DNA from: Clostridia bacterium
GTDB lineage: Bacteria; Bacillota; Clostridia; Oscillospirales; CAG-272
DNA: 62,446 nt
Assembly (NCBI GenBank): GCA_017536635.1
Contig: JAFXHA010000039.1
Location: 1 to 62,446, forward strand
Reading direction: 5' to 3'
In this document: positions 1 to 8,512 of the stretch, one piece after another
How the letters are laid out: each line of letters starts with the position of its first letter
Numbering within the stretch: position 1 is the stretch's first letter
Program-made: the position numbers and the translations under genes
The notes under the pieces: generated by a model
The model's database searches: none
What the model saw: only the letters and a program-made list of their open reading frames with translations
Told to the model about the DNA's origin: nothing

Positions 1-46
1 GCATTACTACAAAGTCCTTCAGCGCAAAAAAGAGCGAAGCTTATAA
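1..46 (+). CDS. 3' end of an upstream gene (partial), possibly a relaxase/mobilisation protein of the integrated element
   Basis: Frame 2 reads HYYKVLQRKKERSL* with TAA at 44-46 overlapping the next RBS. The product is a guess from the basic C-terminus and the context. Confidence 0.35.
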   Translation, partial: HYYKVLQRKKERSL

Positions 47-58
47 GGAGGACTGCCT

Positions 59-280
59 ATGACCAAACGCCCAAAGATTAACGTTGCACTCCCCGAAGAA
101 CTGCTCAATTCCTTTGCCAAAGCCTTAGTGCCCGAGATACGCACGTTTTACGACAGCGACGAGGGCAAAGCGTACTTTGAAAAGTGGCTCGCAAGGCACC
201 CCGAATATGACGAAAGGACACCCGATGCTCGCGCGTCGGGTGTTTCCGTATCGGTACAATCGACTTATCAAGAGAAATAA
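59..280 (+). CDS. Small hypothetical protein upstream of the recombinase
   Basis: 73-aa ORF with an AAGGAGG RBS, same strand as the recombinase. Confidence 0.6.
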   Translation: MTKRPKINVALPEELLNSFAKALVPEIRTFYDSDEGKAYFEKWLARHPEYDERTPDARASGVSVSVQSTYQEK

Positions 281-315
281 TTATAATTATATTAGGACGA
301 ATAGGAGGTATTACA

Positions 316-1905
316 ATGAACGTAGTAATATACGCTCGATTTTCAAGCCACAGTCAGACCGAGCAATCCATCGAAGGTCAGCTAAAGGTCTGTTACGAAT
401 ATGCCGAATCTCATAATTACACCATTGTTGGTGAATATATCGACCGCGCACAAAGCGGTAAGTTTGATAACCGCGCAGATTTCCAAAGAATGATTGCGGA
501 TAGCGACAAGCATACCTTTGAGGGTGTGCTTGTCTATCAGCTTGACCGCTTTGCCCGTAACCGTTACGACAGCGCGATCTACAAAGCTAAGCTAAAGAAG
601 AACGGAGTTAGGGTTATGTCCGCCAAGGAGAATATCTCGGATGATGCCTCGGGTATTCTTATCGAGGGCGTTCTTGAAAGTATGGCGGAATACTATTCCG
701 TAGAGCTTGCACAGAAGATAAACCGAGGTATGGCAATCAACGCTGAAAAATGCCTATCCAACGGCAGCAATCCCGGACTTGGGTATAAGGTGAATAAAGA
801 TCGCACCTTTTCGGTTGACGAGGAAGAAGCGGCAATCGTCCGTGAGATCTACGAGCGTTATGCAAGCGGAGAAACCAAAGCCGATATTGTTAAGGACTTG
901 CAACGGAGAAAGGTCAAGACCTCAATCGGTAACGAGTTTACCTACAACAGCCTCAGCCATCTTCTGAAAAACAAACGCTATATCGGCATATATTTATACA
1001 AAGGAGTTGAAACGCCCGATGGAATGCCGCGTATTATGGATGACGATTTATTCTATCGGGTACAAGCGCTTATGAACAAGAACAAATCCGCACCCGCGCG
1101 GACTCGCGGTGGAAATGAATACCTTTTGACAACCAAGCTTTTCTGCGGTCATTGCAAGGAAATGATGGTCGGCTACGGTGGCACGGGCAAGTCGGGCAGA
1201 CAGTACCATTATTATAAATGCAAGAACTCTCGCAAAAACAAATGTGATAAGAAGATTGTCGGCAAAGAATATATCGAAAACCGCGTAATAGAAGTGTGTC
1301 TGCAAATGCTCACCGACGATAAGATACGCTATATTGCCAAGCGCGTTGCGGAGGAATGCAATAAGAGTCCCGACAACCTTTCGATAAAGGAAATTAAGAA
1401 AGCCATCAAAGAGGTCGATACCGCGATTGAGAACCTTTGGAAAGGTATTGAGCAAGGACAAGCGGTTGATATGCTGACCGAGCGTTTGAACCGTCGCCAA
1501 GCCGAAAAAGCGGAATTAGAAGCGCAGCTCGCCATTGAGAATAACAAGAAGATCTGTCTGACCGAAGCGCAGATATACGCCTTTCTCGATTTTATCTGTG
1601 AAATGCCGATGGACGATGTCAATAAGCGCAGAGCACTCATAAACATCTTCGTACACTCGGTCTATCTGTACGATGACCATTTCACTATAATCATCAACGC
1701 AAGCAAGAAGCCTTTGAGCATCGACAATATCCCGCTTGACGATATTGAAGAAGCATTTGAAGGCGAAACTGAAGGAAAGGAGGGGTGTTCGTCTATGACG
1801 ACACCTGCTCCACCAAAAAAGATGGACGGCACAATCGTGCCGTCCATCTTTTTTGACGCACCCTCGGAGAGAAGCCGCTCGCGAGTGCGAAGCACAAGCG
1901 AATAG
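316..1905 (+). CDS. Large serine recombinase (integrase)
   Basis: YARFSS catalytic motif, LDRFAR, recombinase domain, zinc ribbon (CGHC...YYKC...C) and a coiled coil. AGGAGG RBS. Confidence 0.95.
   Translation: MNVVIYARFSSHSQTEQSIEGQLKVCYEYAESHNYTIVGEYIDRAQSGKFDNRADFQRMIADSDKHTFEGVLVYQLDRFARNRYDSAIYKAKLKKNGVRVMSAKENISDDASGILIEGVLESMAEYYSVELAQKINRGMAINAEKCLSNGSNPGLGYKVNKDRTFSVDEEEAAIVREIYERYASGETKADIVKDLQRRKVKTSIGNEFTYNSLSHLLKNKRYIGIYLYKGVETPDGMPRIMDDDLFYRVQALMNKNKSAPARTRGGNEYLLTTKLFCGHCKEMMVGYGGTGKSGRQYHYYKCKNSRKNKCDKKIVGKEYIENRVIEVCLQMLTDDKIRYIAKRVAEECNKSPDNLSIKEIKKAIKEVDTAIENLWKGIEQGQAVDMLTERLNRRQAEKAELEAQLAIENNKKICLTEAQIYAFLDFICEMPMDDVNKRRALINIFVHSVYLYDDHFTIIINASKKPLSIDNIPLDDIEEAFEGETEGKEGCSSMTTPAPPKKMDGTIVPSIFFDAPSERSRSRVRSTSE
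1815..1854 (+). terminator. Intrinsic terminator (tRNA-type, after CCA)
   Basis: AAAAAAGATGGACGGCAC-AATC-GTGCCGTCCATCTTTTTT, a perfect inverted repeat. Confidence 0.85.
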
Positions 1906-1994
1906 GGGTTCGCATTTTGCGAGTAAAGGCGACCTGAGCTCGCTCGAGGTCGCTACGAGCAAAAATATTCGCCGCTTGGGCGGCGAAACTCCCC
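1905..1994 (+). repeat. tRNA-linked repeat core (split T-arm), homologous to 16788-16872 and 16956-17039
   Basis: GGGGTTCG-CATTTTGCGAGTAAAGGCGACCTGAGCTCGCTCGAGGTCGCTACGAGCAAAAATATTCGCCG...GGCGAA-ACTCCCC aligns by eye with the copies after tRNA-Arg(CCT). Confidence 0.9.
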
Positions 1995-2071
1995 TTATGA
2001 AAAAAGCACCGAAAGAATATTCTTTTATCAAGTATCGCTTGAAATGATAGCTGCTTTCAATTATAAATATA

Positions 2072-2100
2072 TTGACTTTTCAAGCGATAATTGTTAAAAT
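2072..2100 (+). promoter_or_regulatory. Sigma-A promoter with overlapping inverted repeat (possible XRE operator)
   Basis: TTGACT-17-TAAAAT. TATCGCTTGAAA (2033-2044) and TTTCAAGCGATA (2078-2089) are inverted copies. Confidence 0.55.
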
Positions 2101-2138
2101 GAAGTTGTAACAAGTATTCTCACGGAGGAAGTATAGCA

Positions 2139-3275
2139 ATGGATGTACAATTTATCGGCAGCCGAATAAAAGAGCTCAGGCAGAGCAAGGGGATCACCCA
2201 AAGCGAGCTGGCGGATGCTCTTGTGGTAAGCTTTCAGGCGGTATCCAATTGGGAAAGAGGGATAACTCCGCCGGACGTGGAAAATCTTATACGGATCGCG
2301 GCTTATTTTGGCGTGCTTGTAGATGATCTTTTGCGCCCCAAGAACGATGACGTGTATCTGGGAATCGACGGTGGCGCCACAAAAACCGAGTTTGCAGCGG
2401 TATCCTCGGACGGTACCGTTCTAAAGCGCATTATAAAAAAAGGGTGTAATCCTAACGATATAGGTTTTGCAAAAACAGAGGAGCTGATATTTGAAGGTGT
2501 AAGAGAGATATGTGTTGATTTTCCGTCCCTGAAAACTGTATTTTGCGGAATTGCGGGCATATCGACCGGAAATTATAGAGAAAGATTGCAGGAAAGATTC
2601 GGAAAATATTTTCCCCAGCTTAAAGTGAAGATAAAAACCGACGCGTTTAATCTTTTTGCTATGGTAGACGGTGTAAATATGTCGGTCATCAGCGGTACGG
2701 GCTCGGTTGTATTTGTAAGATGTGGCGAAGATTATAAGCGCATAGGCGGCTGGGGGCATTTGTTCGACAGTGCAGGAAGCGCCTTTGATATAGGCAGAGA
2801 TGCGGTCCGTCAGGCGTTGTTAGAGGAAGATATGAATCAAAAAAGATCGGTAATGAGTAAGCGGCTTCTTAAAAAGCTTAATACCTCAAGCGTATGGGAG
2901 CACATCAACGTTATATATAATGAGGGAAAGCCGTATATTGCCGGACTGGCATCGGTTGTCTTTGAGGCTTACCGCGAAGGAGATGAAAACGCTGTTTCTA
3001 TTATAGATAACAACGCAAGGTCGTTGGCAAATCTTCTTGATGCAGGTGTGAATATTTACGGAGTAAAGCCGATCGCTATCGCCAGCGGAGGAATTTTTGA
3101 GCATTATTCCGACATTATGATCCCTCATATAAAAAAATACAGCAACGTTGAGCTATTAATCATAGATCTCCCACCGATCCTTGGCGCGTGCAGATATGCA
3201 TGCTCTATGGCGGGACATGATATATCTGAGAGCTTTACGACAAACTTTAAAATAAGCTATGGAGATAGAAGATAA
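2139..3275 (+). CDS. XRE HTH fused to a BadF/BadG/BcrA/BcrD-type amino-sugar kinase (MurK/GlcNAc kinase-like)
   Basis: N-terminal XRE HTH (VSFQAVSNWERG), then GIDGGATKT, ISGTGS and GGWGHLFDSAGSA kinase motifs. Confidence 0.85.
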   Translation: MDVQFIGSRIKELRQSKGITQSELADALVVSFQAVSNWERGITPPDVENLIRIAAYFGVLVDDLLRPKNDDVYLGIDGGATKTEFAAVSSDGTVLKRIIKKGCNPNDIGFAKTEELIFEGVREICVDFPSLKTVFCGIAGISTGNYRERLQERFGKYFPQLKVKIKTDAFNLFAMVDGVNMSVISGTGSVVFVRCGEDYKRIGGWGHLFDSAGSAFDIGRDAVRQALLEEDMNQKRSVMSKRLLKKLNTSSVWEHINVIYNEGKPYIAGLASVVFEAYREGDENAVSIIDNNARSLANLLDAGVNIYGVKPIAIASGGIFEHYSDIMIPHIKKYSNVELLIIDLPPILGACRYACSMAGHDISESFTTNFKISYGDRR

Positions 3276-4096
3276 TGAATATACCGAAGACCGAGCAAAG
3301 AAATCCACTTAGTATGAATATGGATTCAATGAGCACAGAGGATATGGCGCGCCTTGTTATATGCGCTAATTACGAGGCGGTTCGCGCGGCAGAAAACGCC
3401 GTTGAGTCAATATCAGCCGCCGTAGACGAAATATCTAAAGCATTTGAGCGCGGCAACAAGCTCGTTTACATAGGCGCGGGAACGTCGGGCAGACTTGGCG
3501 TCATAGACGCCGCGGAATGTCCGCCTACCTTCGGTGTTTCTTATGATATGGTTCAAGGAATTATCGCGGGTGGAAAGGAAAGAATGTTCAGCGCGGGAGA
3601 AGCTGAGGAGGACGTCTATGAAAACGGGCGTCAGTCGGTAGACGATCACGGCGTCGTAGGCGGCGACGTGGTCGTTGGTATCTCCGCGGCAGGGAATGCG
3701 GCATTTGTCGTGGGTGCGCTTGATAGAGCCAAGGAGCTTGGATGTGTTACTGTCGGAATATGCAATAATGCCGACACAAAGGTAAGCAAGACCGCTGACA
3801 TACCGATATTTTTGGATACAGGTGCAGAGGTGCTTACGGGCTCCACTCGTCTTAAAGCGGGAACGGCACAGAAGATAGTGCTTAATACGCTGACGACCTG
3901 CGCTATGACCAAAACCGGCAAGGTATATGAAAATATGATGATAAATCTCGCGCCCTCTAACGAAAAGCTTAAAAGACGAGTAGTCAGGATAGTAAGCGAG
4001 ATCACGGGGCTTGATAGCGATGCCTCGGAGAAGCTATTGGATGCATCGAATTGGAATATAAGAGATGCAATTCAAAAATATAATACGGAAAAATAA
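3275..4096 (+). CDS. murQ: N-acetylmuramic acid 6-phosphate etherase
   Basis: TEQRNP, GAGTSGRLGVIDAAECPPTFG and GSTRLKAGTAQK motifs. Confidence 0.95.
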   Translation: MNIPKTEQRNPLSMNMDSMSTEDMARLVICANYEAVRAAENAVESISAAVDEISKAFERGNKLVYIGAGTSGRLGVIDAAECPPTFGVSYDMVQGIIAGGKERMFSAGEAEEDVYENGRQSVDDHGVVGGDVVVGISAAGNAAFVVGALDRAKELGCVTVGICNNADTKVSKTADIPIFLDTGAEVLTGSTRLKAGTAQKIVLNTLTTCAMTKTGKVYENMMINLAPSNEKLKRRVVRIVSEITGLDSDASEKLLDASNWNIRDAIQKYNTEK

Positions 4097-4107
4097 GGAG
4101 CTCACCT

Positions 4108-6180
4108 ATGTTGAAAAGCTTTGGGAAAGATAATTTTTTAGTAAATATTTATTTTGATGCTCACGGGGCTGCTATGTCGGGAGGAAAAATGGGAGATTTT
4201 GAGATCCTGCCGTCTGCCTTGTTTGAAGCGTATATTAAAAATTCTTCGGGTGAGACCGAGAGGATCACATCCGAGAGCACCTGGAAAAGTGTAAGCGTGC
4301 GCGAGATGGATGCGAGCACCGAAATAATTTTTTGCGGTCCCGATCTTGCCCCTGAGCTTTGCGTTATTCTCAGCGCAAGAGAAGAGAAGGAAGCTTTGGT
4401 TTGGAAGGTAATCGTGAACAATGATAGCGCAGAGTGGAGCGTTATGAGGATAACCTATCCTACGCCGATACTCAAGGGGACGGAATTCAATCTTTTCGTT
4501 CCTCGCTTTGGGGGACGTACAGTAACCGATGCGGGTAAAAACGGCTTTTCCATAAACACTACGTATCCCGGAACCTTGACTATGCAATATTTTGCGGCGT
4601 ATTCCAATACCTATGGCGTATATCTTAGCGTTGAGGACGAAAGAGGAGCTGTGAAATGCTTTAATGCTAAAGCCGCGGACGATGTGTTTTCTCTTACCGC
4701 TACCTTTTACGCAATAGGCGGTGGAAATGTCGGCAATTCATTTGATCTTTACGGAGAGATGCGCTGGCAGGGATTTGTCGGTGATTGGTACGATGCGACG
4801 ATGATCTATGCTGATTTCGTTTATAAAAAGGCGACTTGGCTTCCCGAGCTTTACCGTCCCGATACGGCTGAAAAGTTTAAAAATATTCCTTTTTGGGTCT
4901 GCGATTATGTGCCGAATATTAAATCACAGGGCAATAACAAGCCTATGCTTCTCAGTGCGGGCAGCGATATTTATGAGCCTGAATACTGGTATAAAGCTCC
5001 GATCGAGCTTCAAAAGGAGCTGGGTGGATTGCCGATAGCATATCACGTATATAATTGGTGCAAAATACCGTTCAATATAGAATATCCTCATTTTCTTCCG
5101 GCTAAGGAGACGTTCCTTGAGAATGCCCCTAAGCTTCGTGAGCAGGGAATCTACGTTATGCCATACATCAATGCGGTTAGCTGGGAGAGACGAGACGGAG
5201 AAATGGGACACGCGATAAACTTTGATAATACCGGTGTGCGTGGATCTGTTATTCTCGAAAACGGGAAAACTCTTTTTGAAAATTATCCGCAGGTAACGGT
5301 CAGCGGCCATACCAGCGAGCTCGTTCAGATGTGTCCGAGCTTTAACGAGTGGCATAGCATTATGGAAAAGCTGTCGCGCGATATGGAGTCAACGCTTCCC
5401 ATTGACGGAATTTATTACGATCAGACTGCCGCTACTCCCGCGCGTCCTTGCTATAATCCCGATCACGATCATCTTCCCGGTGGCGGAAGCTTCTGGAGCG
5501 ACGGCTATAACCGTATGATGCAGAAGATAGGAATAAACAAGCCCGACGAGTTCTTCTATTTCACCGAATCCTGTGCAGAGCCTTATATGAAGAGCTTTGA
5601 CGGATATCTGACGTGGAACTGGGTGTATCCTGAGGACGTTCCCGCATTTGCGGCTATTTACGCGGGATACGTGCAGATGGTCGGACGTGTTACCGACGGC
5701 AAGAAAAAAGAAGATCTCGGATTCTTCAAGTGCTGTAACGCGCGTTCTCTCGTATACGGTCAGCAGCTCGGCTGGTGCAAAGCTGATATTATCTGGCGCC
5801 CCGAGTGGCTTGAGTTTATAAGGAACGCCGTAAAGGTGAGATACGAGCTTTCCGACGTGTTCAACAAGGCGCGTATGCTTCGTCCGCCCGTAGCACATAC
5901 CCCTTTGCCAAAGCTAAGCGCCGAGGCGGGACTTGGCAACAAGGGCAACGTGGAATCCGAGATGGTCGTCTCGGGAGCTTGGCGTTATCGCGACGGTAAG
6001 GAAACGGTTATAATAGCTGTAAATATAGCAAATGAAAGCGTACCCTTTGAGCTGAGCTTTGACGTTGCGGAATACGGCATTGCAGACAAACAGCTGCCAA
6101 AGGAATTCAAGCTTGACGGACAGCGTTGCACGGTTAGTGATACACTCGAAAAGAATGGTGTGCGCGTCTGGAGAATTTAA
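4108..6180 (+). CDS. Putative glycoside hydrolase-like protein (DUF6259-like)
   Basis: 690 aa with a beta-sandwich-like N-terminus and TIM-barrel-like motifs (VMPYIN, DGIYYDQ, FTESCAEPY). Lies in the murQ operon. Confidence 0.6.
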   Translation: MLKSFGKDNFLVNIYFDAHGAAMSGGKMGDFEILPSALFEAYIKNSSGETERITSESTWKSVSVREMDASTEIIFCGPDLAPELCVILSAREEKEALVWKVIVNNDSAEWSVMRITYPTPILKGTEFNLFVPRFGGRTVTDAGKNGFSINTTYPGTLTMQYFAAYSNTYGVYLSVEDERGAVKCFNAKAADDVFSLTATFYAIGGGNVGNSFDLYGEMRWQGFVGDWYDATMIYADFVYKKATWLPELYRPDTAEKFKNIPFWVCDYVPNIKSQGNNKPMLLSAGSDIYEPEYWYKAPIELQKELGGLPIAYHVYNWCKIPFNIEYPHFLPAKETFLENAPKLREQGIYVMPYINAVSWERRDGEMGHAINFDNTGVRGSVILENGKTLFENYPQVTVSGHTSELVQMCPSFNEWHSIMEKLSRDMESTLPIDGIYYDQTAATPARPCYNPDHDHLPGGGSFWSDGYNRMMQKIGINKPDEFFYFTESCAEPYMKSFDGYLTWNWVYPEDVPAFAAIYAGYVQMVGRVTDGKKKEDLGFFKCCNARSLVYGQQLGWCKADIIWRPEWLEFIRNAVKVRYELSDVFNKARMLRPPVAHTPLPKLSAEAGLGNKGNVESEMVVSGAWRYRDGKETVIIAVNIANESVPFELSFDVAEYGIADKQLPKEFKLDGQRCTVSDTLEKNGVRVWRI

Positions 6181-6200
6181 ATATAGCAAGGAGAATAGTT

Positions 6201-7421
6201 ATGGATTATACGATAGAACGTCTGAGAGCAGAGGACTATGACGAGCTTCTCGATATGTTAAATACTGTATTCAAAAAGCCTGAGGGTAATACGTTCGATA
6301 TCTTTCTTCCTGTAATGTGGGAGAGGGATGACGAGCATATGTCCAAGCACATAGCTATCAGGGAAAATGGAAAGATCGCCGCCGTAGTCGGCATTTATCC
6401 TCTTCCTGCAAAAGTAGGCGGCGAGGAAGTTATCTTCTCAACCATCGGAAACGTAGCGACGCTTCCCGAATGCGAGGGAAAGGGAATGATGAAGGCCCTT
6501 ATGACAAGATCTCTTGAAGAGGCGAAAAAAAGCGGGATCGATATAGCCCGTCTCGCAGGCGCACGTCAGAGATATAACCGCTACGGATTTGAGCACGCGG
6601 GAGCACATTATCTGTTCAAGCTTACTCCCAAAAATCTTATCGATTATTATGGCGGAAAAGTCATAGACGGTGAATGTATATATAAGGGAAGCGTATTCAG
6701 CGGCGGCGTGGGCTTTGAAAAAAGGCTGACGTTTGCGCAAGTAACACTTGATACCCCCGAGCTTCTCGACTGTGTTATGGAGTTGGAAAAGAATGCGCCC
6801 TTGTATGCCGACAGAGGTGAAAGAGTGCAGTTCTTTAAAACACTTTCGGCATATAAGCATAAGATTTGGGGTGCACTTGACGTTGAAGGCAAGCTCGTTG
6901 GATATATGTGCGTAACGCCCGATAATGCTTATATATACGAGCACCGCGCAACCGATGCCGATGCAGAGTATCAGATGCTTTGCGAATGGCTGCTCCATAG
7001 TGGCGTGAAAGAGCTTAATATACACGTGGCACCTTGGGAATGCAAGTTGAACCGCAAGCTTATGGCTGTTTGCGAAAAATGGTCGGTGTATAACACCTCG
7101 ATGTTCCACGTGTTCAATTGGAGTAAGGTCCTGAACGCACTTCTTAAAATAAAGTCAAATTATACGAGCATACCTGACGGAAATTTTGTTTTGAAGATAG
7201 AGGGATACGGTACGGTCGAATTTTCGGGCGATAGATGTGTCGATACCGACAAAGAACCTCAGATGACGCTCAGTCAACTCGATGCTACGAGATTCCTGCT
7301 TGGCAGTATACCGTTTGAATCGGCGTGCGAGTTGCCCGAAGCTCTTGACACTCAGACAAGAGTATATATTCAAAGCATTTTGCCCTTGCCGCTTTGGTGG
7401 TGTAATCAGGACAGAGTGTAG
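6201..7421 (+). CDS. GNAT N-acetyltransferase (Eis/GlmA-like tandem GNAT)
   Basis: IGNVATLPECEGKGMM acetyl-CoA motif and RQRYNRYGFE; about 400 aa. Confidence 0.8.
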   Translation: MDYTIERLRAEDYDELLDMLNTVFKKPEGNTFDIFLPVMWERDDEHMSKHIAIRENGKIAAVVGIYPLPAKVGGEEVIFSTIGNVATLPECEGKGMMKALMTRSLEEAKKSGIDIARLAGARQRYNRYGFEHAGAHYLFKLTPKNLIDYYGGKVIDGECIYKGSVFSGGVGFEKRLTFAQVTLDTPELLDCVMELEKNAPLYADRGERVQFFKTLSAYKHKIWGALDVEGKLVGYMCVTPDNAYIYEHRATDADAEYQMLCEWLLHSGVKELNIHVAPWECKLNRKLMAVCEKWSVYNTSMFHVFNWSKVLNALLKIKSNYTSIPDGNFVLKIEGYGTVEFSGDRCVDTDKEPQMTLSQLDATRFLLGSIPFESACELPEALDTQTRVYIQSILPLPLWWCNQDRV

Positions 7422-7470
7422 TGCTGTCTATGCGGGATAGCAAGGCAATTTCCAAGTCCACCAAAAAATG

Positions 7471-7498
7471 ATAGCACCGCATTTGCGGTGCTATTTTT
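7471..7498. terminator. Terminator between convergent genes
   Basis: ATAGCACCGCA-TT-TGCGGTGCTAT followed by a T run. Confidence 0.75.
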
Positions 7499-7503
7499 CT
7501 GTC

Positions 7504-8199
7504 TTAGACCCCTCGCTGCCTTTTCTCCATTTTTCTCCAATTCACGAAGCCGTAAAGATCGTTGATAAGGAATACCGCAAAGCAGATGACGACCGAGATA
7601 TATGAAATATCGCTAAAGGATGCAAGAACCCAAAGAATTATGAGCACTACGTCGTTGGCGGCGTAGGCAAGGGCAAAATACGGACTGCGGCGCGCGGTCA
7701 GATATACGGCGATAAAGCTGGTCGTTACCGACAGCGTGCTCGGAAGGATATTAGCCGTTCCGAACGCCGCGAGAATAAAATAAAACGCGACGGTAACCGC
7801 GGCGGTAAGTATAAGCATCAAGATCACCTCAGTTGTTTTGATGCGGTTGATCCGAACCTCTGCCTTGCCCGACTCATATGGGTTTCTCAGCCACGACACA
7901 AGCGCTACGACCGCCATCGGAACGGTCATTCCAACGTAGGTCATCATCTCGCCGTAATATGCGAATCCAAATGATATAAAGCCGTATATCAGCCCGAAGA
8001 TTATCATCAGCACCTGCCCGAAGGGGTTGCCCTTGGCGCAGAAAATGAGCGACGTCGCGCCGATAAGAGAGGCGGCGAGCGTAAGATATCCCGATCCGTC
8101 GGAGAAGAAGAAGGAAACCGTGATGAGAAGCACCGACGATGCCCATAGCAATAATTCAAATTTTGAAAAATAATTTAGTAATGACTTTGCTTTTTTCAT
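7504..8199 (-). CDS. pnuC: PnuC-like nicotinamide riboside/mononucleotide transporter
   Basis: Multi-pass membrane protein with AKGNPFGQ, AYYGEM, YAANDVVLIILW and NDLYGFVNW motifs. Confidence 0.75.
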   Translation of the reverse strand: MKKAKSLLNYFSKFELLLWASSVLLITVSFFFSDGSGYLTLAASLIGATSLIFCAKGNPFGQVLMIIFGLIYGFISFGFAYYGEMMTYVGMTVPMAVVALVSWLRNPYESGKAEVRINRIKTTEVILMLILTAAVTVAFYFILAAFGTANILPSTLSVTTSFIAVYLTARRSPYFALAYAANDVVLIILWVLASFSDISYISVVICFAVFLINDLYGFVNWRKMEKRQRGV

Positions 8200-8208
8200 A
8201 ATACTCCT

Positions 8209-8335
8209 AAAAAAAGCATTCGCGGTGTATCTTCAAAGACCTAACGATACACGAACGAATGCTTTTGCATTTCCTACCCGGTGGCAGATTGTTTTTTGTT
8301 TTGGATATTATATCATCTTTTTTGAAAGAAGTCAA
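8209..8335 (-). promoter_or_regulatory. Sigma-A promoter plus a leader containing a terminator (candidate attenuator/riboswitch)
   Basis: TTGACT-17-TATAAT (8335-8307), a small hairpin at 8274-8287, and a long hairpin with a U tract at 8209-8266 directly before the RBS. Confidence 0.65.
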
Positions 8336-8417
8336 GAGGTTTTTTGAATCAAACTATGCGAGATGCAAAGTCGACTTGAACTCGAGGTGGACGGGATAAA
8401 TATATTCGCTAAATATA

Positions 8418-8446
8418 TTGACAAAGGCTTAGCCGTATATTATAAT
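8418..8446 (+). promoter_or_regulatory. Sigma-A promoter
   Basis: TTGACA-17-TATAAT. Confidence 0.7.
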
Positions 8447-8512
8447 TACGATAAGTATACAAGCGTCAATATAAAGATATCAAAGATAATTATAATTTTA
8501 TGGAGGACGGCT

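Larger units (their letters stand above)
1..1815 (+). mobile_element. Right end of an integrative element; putative junction at ...GCTCCACCA (1807-1815)
   Basis: The serine integrase runs into a tRNA/tmRNA-like CCA end, followed by a terminator and a tRNA-linked repeat core. Confidence 0.65.

Noticed and set aside
8363-8512. Long N-terminal extensions from the ORF track (also 47619-47765, 29022-29069, 54848-54898)
   Set aside because: Downstream starts have RBSs, and the extensions overlap promoters or neighbouring genes.
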